The notes: a model not told the origin generated them from the sequence alone. A stretch of 64,000 bases of DNA from Candidatus Caldarchaeum sp. (GCA_038885755.1 JAVZZH010000002.1:128001-192000); one strand, 5' to 3'. Shown: positions 19,727 through 28,648, counted from the first letter of the stretch. Numbers and translations: made by a program.

Positions 19727-20763
19727 GCTTTTTCCCCGGCCTCCGTTCTCAGGATCTTGATCGAGACAAGGTCCCTGACGATTGCCGTGGCTGTTTCAAC
19801 CCCTCCAGCGCCTTTGCCCGATATGACGTGGCTGCCTGAGAAGGTTGTTTTGAAACGTACGGCGTTCATGGCTAGCTTGACAGCTAACGGGTCTCTGGCG
19901 TCAAGCGTCCTAGGACCTACATCCAGCTTACCGCCGCCGGCCACTGCCACAAGCCTCACCACCTTTCCCGCCGACCGGGCTCTATTTACCTCTTCCACAG
20001 AAACCCCGTCAACACCTTCAACCCTGACGTCATGGACAGTAGCCCTCATCCCTAGAACCTCGTTGGCTAGGATCGTGATTTTACAGGCTGTGTCGAGGCC
20101 TTTCACGTCGAGCGTAGGGTCTGCCTCAGCATAGCCCAGCCTCTGAGCCTCGGCCAGCGCTCGGCGAAAGTCGAGCCCGTCCTCCTCCATGCGTGTGAGG
20201 ATGTAGTTGGTTGTACCGTTTAAGATGCCTTCAATCGCCTCAACCCTGTCAGCCCTGCTGCACTCTCTTGCGAAAGCAAGGACCGGCATTCCTCCTCCGA
20301 CCGTTCCGCTGAACTTCAAGTAGACGTCTCGGTGGGATGCGCTCTCCTTCAACGCAGGCATGTAAAGAGCCAGCGCCCCCTTACTCACCGTGACGACGTC
20401 CATCCTGTTCAAGACAGCGGCTCTAATCAAGCTGTAGCTGGGCTCTCCGTCAACGATGTTCGTCGGCGTCGCATCAACCAACACATCCACCTCAGCCTCC
20501 TCGAAAGCATCCAGCATGCTGCTGAAGAAGGCCGAGCCTGCCAGCGACCGTATCCCAGCCCTCCGCTTGGCTTCAAGAAGCTCGTCGGGGTTGATTCCAG
20601 AAGGCTTGTAGACAGCTCCAGACCGGTCGGCCGCGAGCACCAGACGTAGACCAAGGCCGTAGCGGCTCACAAGCTCGCTCCGGTTCCTCGAGATAAGCTC
20701 TAAAAAGCTCTGGCCGACCACGCCGAGACCAGCTAAAGCCACCCTCAAGCCACCGGCCTTCAT
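19723..20763 (-). CDS. hom: Homoserine dehydrogenase
   Basis: GLGVVG, TVGGGMP, GILNGTTNYIL, AQRLGYAEADPTLDV.G.D and GAGG.ETA. Confidence 0.93.
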   Translation of the reverse strand: MKAGGLRVALAGLGVVGQSFLELISRNRSELVSRYGLGLRLVLAADRSGAVYKPSGINPDELLEAKRRAGIRSLAGSAFFSSMLDAFEEAEVDVLVDATPTNIVDGEPSYSLIRAAVLNRMDVVTVSKGALALYMPALKESASHRDVYLKFSGTVGGGMPVLAFARECSRADRVEAIEGILNGTTNYILTRMEEDGLDFRRALAEAQRLGYAEADPTLDVKGLDTACKITILANEVLGMRATVHDVRVEGVDGVSVEEVNRARSAGKVVRLVAVAGGGKLDVGPRTLDARDPLAVKLAMNAVRFKTTFSGSHVISGKGAGGVETATAIVRDLVSIKILRTEAGEKA

Positions 20764-20802
20764 CCAAGGAGGTTAAAATACTTCAGGAAACACCTTCTAG
20801 AC

Positions 20803-21405
20803 GTGGAGGCTGTCTTTCTCAGACGCATGCTTGAAGCAAAAACGCTGCCTTCGGCAGCTGCATCTGCTTTCGCCGTCATCTACGTCCTCGCCGTAGGCAT
20901 AGTCTTCCCCCTGCCCTACGACCTCCCGCCAACGTTCCCAACCCCGTCGGCCGACGTGGTGCTCGACGGCCCCCTAGGCCAAGCTCCATGGATCACAGTA
21001 TACCTCAACAGCCGATGGGTTGTGTCGGTCAACCCAGAAGCCCTCACAGCCTTAGTTGTTTTGACAACGCTTGTCTGGCTCAACACAGCGGCATTAACCT
21101 ACTTAAGCAGGCACGCCGCATGCAGGCCTGCGAAAAACATTCATCTGTCGTGGATGGCTGTTGTCCCGGCTTTCTTTTCCTTCTTCTCCTGCTGCGGAAC
21201 CGGAGTGGTTTCCGGCCTTATCCTAGCTTCCGGCGCGAGCCTTTCGATGTTGGCCTTCCTCCAAGACTACGGAAGACTGTTCACTGCTCTTTCAGCCTTC
21301 ACGCTGACGGCTAACCTCTACATGCTGTACAGAAAGACTCTGCTCATCAAAACCAGCAGGGTGGAGGCTTCTGGTCTAAAGCTTTCTCAACTGGTCGATG
21401 AGTAG
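20803..21405 (+). CDS. Membrane protein with an intramembrane Cys pair (SCCG)
   Basis: About four TM segments with ACRP and FSCCGTG motifs. Confidence 0.6.
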   Translation: MEAVFLRRMLEAKTLPSAAASAFAVIYVLAVGIVFPLPYDLPPTFPTPSADVVLDGPLGQAPWITVYLNSRWVVSVNPEALTALVVLTTLVWLNTAALTYLSRHAACRPAKNIHLSWMAVVPAFFSFFSCCGTGVVSGLILASGASLSMLAFLQDYGRLFTALSAFTLTANLYMLYRKTLLIKTSRVEASGLKLSQLVDE

Positions 21406-21786
21406 AAACAGGCCTATGGCTGCGATGACCAATCCCGCTAGGCTGGCTATGGCTAGTGAGAACCCCGCCAAAGGCCACGAAACTACGGCCCATGGAAAAC
21501 TGCCCATCAGGGCGAGGCCAACGACGAACAGCACAAGCCCCGCTATTAAGGGGCCGGCTTTCGACATGTCGAGCGAAGGCGACACGTACGACACTCCTCC
21601 TTTTCTAGGGACTAGTAGAGCTGCAAAAGTGTAGATTACGGTCATCGGAGTGGGTGCAAGCAGTAGGAGGATGACTCCGACAAGCCTGAGGAGGTTTGGG
21701 TCTACGTTGAGATACTCCCCTAAACCACCGAAAACACCTGCCAGAACTCTGTTTCGCTCCGACCTCTCCAAAACACGGGTGGACAT
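21376..21786 (-). CDS. PspC domain-containing membrane protein
   Basis: LERSERNRVLAGVFGGLGEYLNVDPNLLRL is the PspC signature. Confidence 0.88.
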   Translation of the reverse strand: MSTRVLERSERNRVLAGVFGGLGEYLNVDPNLLRLVGVILLLLAPTPMTVIYTFAALLVPRKGGVSYVSPSLDMSKAGPLIAGLVLFVVGLALMGSFPWAVVSWPLAGFSLAIASLAGLVIAAIGLFLLIDQLRKL

Positions 21787-22021
21787 TTCATTATTACCTT
21801 CACGCCGGGTAATAAATACGTGTTGACGCAGCGTTGTTCCATGCGTTTATGAAGCGCCAAGCTTCGTGCGTGGGGCGTCTTGCATGGAGCGTTCCGTCGA
21901 GATGACGGGCTGTGAACGATTGATTCTCTGCATTCCACCCTAAACGGATCCATACACGGTTTTTTATTTCGAGCCCGGCTGAGTTAAAACGATCCACAAC
22001 CCCCAGCCGATACGCAGCACA

Positions 22022-22489
22022 CTATGAGGTCATCCAAGGGCTTATCTTTTCACCTGTTTTTGCGAGTATTTCGAGAGGTTTTGTTTTGACGCCGCCCATG
22101 CCGGGCGAGCCGGGAGGCATTCCCGGAAGAGCTATGCCGTCTATTGCTGGTTTTTCGATGAAAAGCTTCTTGATTGCCTCCACAGGCACGTGGCCTTCTA
22201 TGAAGTATTGAGCCGCCTGCGCAGTGTGGCAGCTTTGAAGCTCCGCCGGTATTTCGAGCTTCTTCCTGACTCTGTCCAGCTCAAAACTGTCCACCAGAAC
22301 GGTGCGGAAAGCGACGCCCTGTCTTCGGAGGTATGTTTCGTATTCTTTGCAGCATGGGCACTGCTCTGTTCGGTAGATGGTTAACTCGGGTATGGTCTCG
22401 CCTGTTTCGGCTGTGTCCCTCGTCATGGAGCCCTGCAGCAGGACTACCATCGACGCTGCTGCTACTACCAGCAGAATGAAGAAAAGCAT
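22022..22489 (-). CDS. DUF411 (CopG-like) exported metal-binding protein
   Basis: N-terminal TM, CPCC, SCHTA, IEGHVP and GIALPGMPPGSPGM; probable ATG at 22489. Confidence 0.88.
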   Translation of the reverse strand: MLFFILLVVAAASMVVLLQGSMTRDTAETGETIPELTIYRTEQCPCCKEYETYLRRQGVAFRTVLVDSFELDRVRKKLEIPAELQSCHTAQAAQYFIEGHVPVEAIKKLFIEKPAIDGIALPGMPPGSPGMGGVKTKPLEILAKTGEKISPWMTS

Positions 22490-22514
22490 GTTTTTCGTCG
22501 TCTGCTGACGTTTC

Positions 22515-22901
22515 TTAGGATGGTTTCCACGTGAGCGCAAGGACCCCACCCAGTATGGCCAGCAGAGCACCTATTAAAAACCCACCCATTCCAAACAAGC
22601 TGACGGTTGAGGAGGCGAGTATTACTGCTCCCCATGTCTGGGCTTGGTTGGGACGGTTTTGAAGCATCAGTGCGCTGGCTATTACTATGAGTCCTGAGAC
22701 GAGGCCTATCGTCGAGAAGGCTGACCACGCCCATGGCATCATCCAGCCCATCATCCACGGCCCCATTACACCACCCCATCCACCCATCATGCCGCCCCAC
22801 ATCATCCAAACAGCTACGCCGAGCAACCCTCCGGCCAGTATGAACACGCCTCCGACAAGGGATAGGATGATGGCGGCTGTCGGTTTTTCCCCTACCGTCA
22901 A
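22515..22901 (-). CDS. Met/Trp/Gly-rich small membrane protein
   Basis: Four TM segments with the loop MMWGGMMGGWGGVMGPWMMGWMMPW. Confidence 0.7.
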   Translation of the reverse strand: MTVGEKPTAAIILSLVGGVFILAGGLLGVAVWMMWGGMMGGWGGVMGPWMMGWMMPWAWSAFSTIGLVSGLIVIASALMLQNRPNQAQTWGAVILASSTVSLFGMGGFLIGALLAILGGVLALTWKPS

Positions 22902-23630
22902 CTACTCATCCTCCAGTTCTATCTCCTGTATGAACCGGCCATGCCAGCCATGGTACCAGACCATGCCGTTGAACCCGTTTACGCTCAGCATCCCGTGAAT
23001 ACTTCCGTCGAGCCTGTAGTCTATCGTGTAGTAGCCGTAGAAACGGGTTGGATGCTCAACTTCCACGACACCGGTAAACCTGTTCCTGAGATAGTTTAAC
23101 GCTATTTGCTCTGCTTGCTCGCTACTTATGGATAGGTCGGCGGTTGGTGCTGTGTAAGGTCCCGTCATGCGGTGGTGCATGCCGTACTTTGTGTTCCACA
23201 TCATGTTGGGCCCGGGTTCTGGATGTATGGATCCTGTGTACGGGTCGACTAGGAGTTCGAAAGCCCCCACGCCTGTGTCTTGTTCTACTACTACGGCGTA
23301 AAAGTTGTACTGAAACTCCATCACCTCATGCAGCTTAGGGTTTCCTCCAAGCCGTGATACGTAGGTCTGCAGTAAATCGGTGGCCTGTTGTATGGTGAGT
23401 CTTTGTCCCGTGGGCGTCGAAGACCCTCCAATCCAGCTGAAGCATGGACACTGGTTCATCATCCATCCATGCATCCCCATCATGTTGGGGGAAAAGGAGG
23501 GCTGTTGAGGGAACATTCTCCAAGCCGTCTGAACACCCCACCAGTAAGGCTGCAGGAAGGCCGTAGCCAAACCAACGGCTAAGACGGCTGCCGTCAAGGC
23601 TAACAAAACAACAACCACCGTTGTTTTCAC
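22902..23630 (-). CDS. Exported Met/His-rich protein with PepSY-like repeats
   Basis: Signal/TM segment, MMGMHGWMMNQCPC, FELLVDPYTG, PEPGPNMMWNTKYGMHH, SVNG..G and WYHGWHG; GAGGAG-type RBS upstream. Confidence 0.7.
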   Translation of the reverse strand: MKTTVVVVLLALTAAVLAVGLATAFLQPYWWGVQTAWRMFPQQPSFSPNMMGMHGWMMNQCPCFSWIGGSSTPTGQRLTIQQATDLLQTYVSRLGGNPKLHEVMEFQYNFYAVVVEQDTGVGAFELLVDPYTGSIHPEPGPNMMWNTKYGMHHRMTGPYTAPTADLSISSEQAEQIALNYLRNRFTGVVEVEHPTRFYGYYTIDYRLDGSIHGMLSVNGFNGMVWYHGWHGRFIQEIELEDE

Positions 23631-23679
23631 GTCTTCTCCTCACCGTTATAGCGGTGTTAGGTGATAATTAGGGTTTGTC

Positions 23680-23696
23680 GAAACGGTCGTGAAACA
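23680..23696. promoter_or_regulatory. Direct-repeat operator GAAACGGTCGTGAAACA upstream of BRE/TATA of the 23630 operon
   Basis: On the minus strand TGTTTCACGACCGTTTC is followed after 9 nt by TAATTAT; 15/17 identical to the copy at 24315. Confidence 0.6.
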
Positions 23697-23706
23697 GTCC
23701 GGGTTT

Positions 23707-24279
23707 TTATTGTTCGACGATTATGCTGCCGTACATTCCCCGGTCTGCATGAGTCTTGGGGAAGGTCAGTTCGAGCTCGGCGCAGACATAGTGGTAGGTT
23801 CCGGGTTTGTCGAATTTTAGGGTGAAGGGTTTTGTCTCCCCGGGCTTTACGTTGACGTCGGCGACAGGTTTCCCGTTAACCGACAGCATGACCGCCGAGG
23901 AATGGTGATGTATCTCCTCGAGCTCTTCAGAGTTGATGATCGACCTTTCATCCATCCCCCTTGCCTGCAGCTCCTCCAGCTTGTCGTGGAACTCCTTCAG
24001 AAAAGCACTCCTATCCTTAACTACCATAAACTCGTGTTCAGCGCCTCCTTTATTCGTGAGCACTATCCTGAGGGGTTCGCCGGTCTTGATGCGTATCGTG
24101 GGCCCTCCAGACACACCGTTGAATCCGAACTCATACGCCTCCAGCTTAACCTCCTTCACACCCGTCGTCGTCATAAGAAAAGCCAACAGCACTCCCGCAA
24201 CTCCTACGAATGCCGCGAAAATTAACAGGGATTTCAGCCGCCCAACCCCAGCAACACCGTTCCTGTCGCGTCTCATCAA
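23707..24279 (-). CDS. Membrane-anchored cupredoxin (CopI-like blue copper protein)
   Basis: N.GGAEHEFMV, His-rich helical insert (EEIHHHSS) and PGTYHYVC...THADRGMYG with H/C/H/M T1 ligands. Confidence 0.85.
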   Translation of the reverse strand: MMRRDRNGVAGVGRLKSLLIFAAFVGVAGVLLAFLMTTTGVKEVKLEAYEFGFNGVSGGPTIRIKTGEPLRIVLTNKGGAEHEFMVVKDRSAFLKEFHDKLEELQARGMDERSIINSEELEEIHHHSSAVMLSVNGKPVADVNVKPGETKPFTLKFDKPGTYHYVCAELELTFPKTHADRGMYGSIIVEQ

Positions 24280-24314
24280 CCCCGACCTCGAGACAAACTA
24301 TTTAAAAATTCGCT

Positions 24315-24331
24315 GAAACGGCTGTGAAACA
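24315..24331. promoter_or_regulatory. Direct-repeat operator GAAACGGCTGTGAAACA upstream of TATA of the cupredoxin gene
   Basis: On the minus strand TGTTTCACAGCCGTTTC is followed after 8-9 nt by TTTAAATA; same geometry as the copy at 23680. Confidence 0.6.
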
Positions 24332-24441
24332 AAACACGTGAACCGGTTCAGCGAACAGCGACAGCGGGAAACATATTAACTGAGCGCTCAACTATCGCTT
24401 ACGGAAGATAAGTTTATCTTGGTTGATGAAAAAGCATAACC

Positions 24442-25839
24442 GTGGTGGAGTCTGGTTTTGGGCTCGCGCTGGTTTTAGGCGACTTGTGGATAGGTTCTAG
24501 CATGGTTTTGGCGTTCCTTTCCGTGATGCTGTTTGTAAGGAAGTTTGGGTCGAGGCTGGGATTTGGTTTTCTCAGATGGCTGGTTCTGGTTTGTTTGGCC
24601 GGCATATTCGCCAGCATGACCTCCAGCATTCTACTTTGGCTTGAACTTGTTGAACCGGGTGTTCCCTACCTGTATCTAAACCTTGTCTTCCGGATGTTCT
24701 TTTCAATATCCATCGCAGTACTAACTTCGTACATCGCTTACCAGTTCAACAAAGCCTCAATCAAAAACCTGAGACTGTATCTAATCGCTACCGCAGCTCT
24801 GCCGGCAATCACCGTACTATATCACCAGTTTAACCAGCACAAGGCCGTGGCACAACTGTTCACAGCGACGGAAATCCTATTGTTTGGGACCGTTTTCTGG
24901 CTCTTTTTATCATACGCATCAAGCCAAGTTTACTACATCGTAAAAGGTCTGGGCGACGGGTCTAAGTATTTTTTAGTTGCATCTTCTCTTTTCGCAGCCG
25001 TCGTAGCGCCATTTTTCAACTATGTGGTAGGAAATTATCTGTTCGGTGTTATTAGCTTTGAAGAGAATCTTGTTTGGCGTGCTGCCGTGCCGTTTGTCGG
25101 CTCTGTGAGCGCTGTCCTCCTGTTTATCGGGTCATGGTCGATGTGGCAGTTCATCAGACCAATCCACAAAAAATCAGAAACACGAATACTGACCGGTGTC
25201 GAAGGGCTTGACTCCGTTCTAGGCGGAGGAATACCGTACCCGGTTGCCATGCTAATTACAGGACCAGCTGGAGTCGGCAAAACAACTCTTGTAAACATTT
25301 TCGTCAAGACTAGGCTATCTGAGGGCGACACCGTCATAGTCATTTGCTATGACTGCGATGCCCAAACAGTAAGACAACATCTCAGCATTCAAGGTTTAAA
25401 CATCCTAGAGTTGGAAAAGCAGGGCAAACTTGTTCTGGTCGAGACTTTTATACAGTTATCAGGTAAACAACCCACGGAACGATACTCTTCGTCGAGGGAT
25501 TTGGGAGAACTAAGCTTGGTGATAACGAAGGTTCTCGAAGCCACGCCGACTGGTAGAAAATGGCTCGTAATGGATTCCCTGAACGGAATGGCTGAGAGCG
25601 GAGAGGAACGACTGCTGAAATTCGTTAGGATAACACTCGCAAAATGCAGAGCAGCCAACGCTGGAATAGTGGCGACGTTAAACAAGCAAGCTATTCAGCC
25701 AATATATGCAGCCATGCTGGAGGAATTGTTCGAGGGCATCATCGATGTTGAGATAAGGAGCGGAAGAAAAATTGAAAGAAGAGTTAGGGTTGTTAAGATG
25801 CCGTTTCAAGCCGATGTGCATCGATGGATTGATATATAG
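24442..25839 (+). CDS. 7TM membrane domain fused to a KaiC/RAD55-like RecA-superfamily ATPase
   Basis: Seven hydrophobic segments in the first ~240 aa, then TGVEGLDSVLGGGIP, Walker A GPAGVGKT, Walker B LVMDS and RRVRVVKM. Confidence 0.85.
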   Translation: MVESGFGLALVLGDLWIGSSMVLAFLSVMLFVRKFGSRLGFGFLRWLVLVCLAGIFASMTSSILLWLELVEPGVPYLYLNLVFRMFFSISIAVLTSYIAYQFNKASIKNLRLYLIATAALPAITVLYHQFNQHKAVAQLFTATEILLFGTVFWLFLSYASSQVYYIVKGLGDGSKYFLVASSLFAAVVAPFFNYVVGNYLFGVISFEENLVWRAAVPFVGSVSAVLLFIGSWSMWQFIRPIHKKSETRILTGVEGLDSVLGGGIPYPVAMLITGPAGVGKTTLVNIFVKTRLSEGDTVIVICYDCDAQTVRQHLSIQGLNILELEKQGKLVLVETFIQLSGKQPTERYSSSRDLGELSLVITKVLEATPTGRKWLVMDSLNGMAESGEERLLKFVRITLAKCRAANAGIVATLNKQAIQPIYAAMLEELFEGIIDVEIRSGRKIERRVRVVKMPFQADVHRWIDI

Positions 25840-25886
25840 GCGGGTTGGCAAGGTTTAAATCACAAAACACGAACCGTTAAACAGAC

Positions 25887-26342
25887 TTGACCTCTTACAG
25901 GTGGGCAGATTTACTGAAGCCCGTTCCACCCATAATAGGTGTGGTTTTACTCGCCACAGTCATCATCGCTTTCTGGCAGCATGAAGCTTCGATGGATGAC
26001 GTGATGCGGCATATGAATGGGTGGTCGATGCTCACCATGATGTTGTGGATGTATTTGCCGGTTATCGTCGTGTCAATCGCTCTCATCGCCTTCCCGCTAA
26101 TCCTCTACCTCTATCCAACGAGAGTTAGGGCCGAGGTGATGGGTTTGACCGAAGAGGAGAGGAAAGTGGTTGAGTTTCTCGTGGCTAGGGGAGGAGGAGC
26201 TGAGCAGAGGGAGATCGCCAAATCCCTCGGCCTATCCCGTCTCAAAACCCACCGCATAGTATCATCGCTCAAGAGACGTGAAGTCGTGGAGGTCAAGCCC
26301 CGAGGCAGGACAAACATCGTCACGTTGAAAAACATCAACTAG
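25887..26342 (+). CDS. Membrane-anchored winged-helix transcriptional regulator
   Basis: TM1, Met/His loop, TM2, then LTEEERKVVEFL..RGG.AEQREIAKSLGLSRLKTHRIVSSLKRREVVEV.PRGRTN. Confidence 0.82.
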   Translation: MTSYRWADLLKPVPPIIGVVLLATVIIAFWQHEASMDDVMRHMNGWSMLTMMLWMYLPVIVVSIALIAFPLILYLYPTRVRAEVMGLTEEERKVVEFLVARGGGAEQREIAKSLGLSRLKTHRIVSSLKRREVVEVKPRGRTNIVTLKNIN

Positions 26343-27021
26343 TCAAACAACCTCATTAAAGTGAGCGATTCATCGGAAGCATAGCTCCTCTGGAATAACC
26401 AGAAATACCCTCATACCCTTACAGAAATCATTAGATGTTTATAGCTTCTCATGGCCTGATATATAAGCTGGAAAGGGTTAGGTCGTTTAGACATGTCTAT
26501 TGGTTAACGTTATATATAAATGAGGTGGAGACCGGCAAAACCTGAAGCAACACAGTCCAAATGTGTCAGAAAGCATTACCAATTTTCACATTATGAAGGG
26601 AAAAATAGGGGAGGGTTTGGCTGGAGGCCACCAGCAAGAACATCAGAGAACCCCTGAAGAGAGAGGCCGGTACGTTGAACACGGTGTCATATATGGTAGT
26701 GGTAGACTACCATTAGCCTACCATACACGTTATAAACCGTCATACTAGCTTGGGGTTTTTCCCTGCTGTCTAAGCCGGTATGACTTCCAGCCCCTCTCTT
26801 TCGATGGTTCTTTTGTTTTTTGGATTGTTTGTAGCTGGTCTTTGGCTGTTGTTTTTGTTACTCTTTTGGAGATGATGGTAAGCCTCTGGAGCGCTTTGTG
26901 CCGGTCTCCGCTGAATCCCGTTTCATGCTTTTTCCCCTCCTCTTGTCGACTTTATATAGTCCAAGATAGTCTTTGATTTTCCTCATTCCTTTGTTGAAAT
27001 CTACGTATAGCATAATTTCTG

Positions 27022-27525
27022 TCAGAGCCTCTCTTGCAGACAGATAGTTCTGACACGCTGTAGGTAGCTCAGTCTCTCGAGGCTACGAAGAACCCTGCTC
27101 GACTGAGCGTTAGTCACGGTTCTGCCCAACTCGTCCATTGGACTCGTCCTGACCTCACTCCAGCTTTTACCACCGGTAGAGAAGCTTTTGAGGACGGCTA
27201 CGTATAGCTTAGACATGGATTTCAGCTTGAGCAGCTCCTGCCTCACGGTTTCCACGGCTTCGTCGACGATTGTGTTCAAAACTTCCTCACTGATTCTGTT
27301 GACGCTTCTCGTTCTATCAGCTACCTCGGCGCCGTAGAATGTAAGCCAGCCCATCACCCCCGTCGAAAACCTCCAAAGCCTTGTCAACCACCCAACCACC
27401 GACAACGACACCTTCCTGCTTAAAGCCCTCCACGAGAAAGCCTCTTGCCAAATTGTGGGAGAATATCTCGAGCTGGATGACCTTCCTTTATCTTCCGTAG
27501 ACGGATGAGCGCGCGTCGTCTAAGA
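27022..27525 (-). pseudogene. Archaeal ATPase (COG1672/ATPase_2-like), C-terminal remnant
   Basis: Joined reading gives LDDARSSVYGR*RKVIQLEIFS...FLVEGFKQEG...EVFDG/VMGWLTFYG...WSEV. In-frame stop near 27488, frameshift in a G run near 27360, N-terminus absent. Confidence 0.7.
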
Positions 27526-27526
27526 A

Positions 27527-28648
27527 TCATTTAAGCTTATTTTGTTCATGTAATAACTCTTGAATTTTTGTTAGATGAATTGAACCATATTTTTGCACAA
27601 CTTCGTAAAACTGTAGCTCATGTTCGTCAAGGTAAGGTATAATGTTGTGGACTGCCTCTCTATATTTCCTACTTATGTTGTTTATGCTTTCTTCCAACGT
27701 GTTTAACAAAAGGTCAATAGCTCCTCGAATTTGCTCTTCGTTTATAGCAAGAATGCTGGCGATTTGTTCTGCGTGGGCTGTATTGTGAGGAATTATTGGT
27801 TCTAACTCGAATGGGTGGAAAGGCAAAGTGTTTAAATGTTGTGTTTCATATTCCATTCTCTCGATGATTTCTGTGGTGAGTTTCTTGCCGGGCAATTGCC
27901 ATAATAGTGATATGGTTTGATAATAGCACAAAACTAGGTTTATGTAAGCTTCATATAATTGCCCAAGGGTCGTGTTTGATATGATATTTTGTGCTTGTCG
28001 TAATACGTGATAAATAAGTCTCAAATGGTCCCGCAAATAACGAGCGGCTTCAGATTTGACATACTGATTATAGATAATCTCGATTGAACGTTTAACTTCA
28101 TTTATGTAATATTTGTCTGAGTTCCCTAAACGGTATTTTGGTCTCGGGTGTTGGCACTGAAATTCTTCATAGTTTCCAACCCTTAGAGCACTATGTGAAA
28201 GCCCCGCTGAAGTTAAATTGGTAGACCCATAATACTTCCCATAATGGAAAATTCTTTCCGATGAACAAGCATGGTAAAATATAACGAACTTAGCATGGTT
28301 AAGAAACTGCCCACGAGGGTCGAATGCAACCACATAACAGCTACTACGAAGAGAATTAAGGGCACGCTGTTGCAAGCCTCTTACATTGCCCGTAAAGTAG
28401 TTAGGCACGTTCGTTCTTATTAGGCATATTACATTACGGGGTGATAAATGAACAGTGTTTGTAAGTTGGTTTATCAAATTTGTATTGTTATGAACTATTG
28501 ATGGTGAAATAATGAGACTCGATATATAGAAAATTGCAGTGAAATCATGTCTTTCGCTATGACATACATTTATTCTTGTTTCTGCTACATGAAGCATGTT
28601 CCATAAATTTTCCAAAGCGTTATTGCTTTGAGGCTGCTTGATGAGCAT
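27527..28648 (-). CDS. PLD/HKD-superfamily nuclease-like protein, AT-rich
   Basis: HAKF followed by YYGSTNLTSAGL...NYEE, then a helical C-terminus. ATG 28648 lies about 25 nt below a TATATATA box. Composition is clearly more AT-rich than its neighbours. Confidence 0.65.
   Translation of the reverse strand: MLIKQPQSNNALENLWNMLHVAETRINVCHSERHDFTAIFYISSLIISPSIVHNNTNLINQLTNTVHLSPRNVICLIRTNVPNYFTGNVRGLQQRALNSLRSSCYVVAFDPRGQFLNHAKFVIFYHACSSERIFHYGKYYGSTNLTSAGLSHSALRVGNYEEFQCQHPRPKYRLGNSDKYYINEVKRSIEIIYNQYVKSEAARYLRDHLRLIYHVLRQAQNIISNTTLGQLYEAYINLVLCYYQTISLLWQLPGKKLTTEIIERMEYETQHLNTLPFHPFELEPIIPHNTAHAEQIASILAINEEQIRGAIDLLLNTLEESINNISRKYREAVHNIIPYLDEHELQFYEVVQKYGSIHLTKIQELLHEQNKLK

Noticed and set aside
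21787-22021. Short ORFs of 65-77 aa
   Set aside because: No motif, RBS or plausible composition; probably spacer or decayed sequence.
24442-25200. Microbial rhodopsin as the 7TM domain
   Set aside because: No retinal-binding Lys motif (DxxxK or SxxxK) in helix 7.
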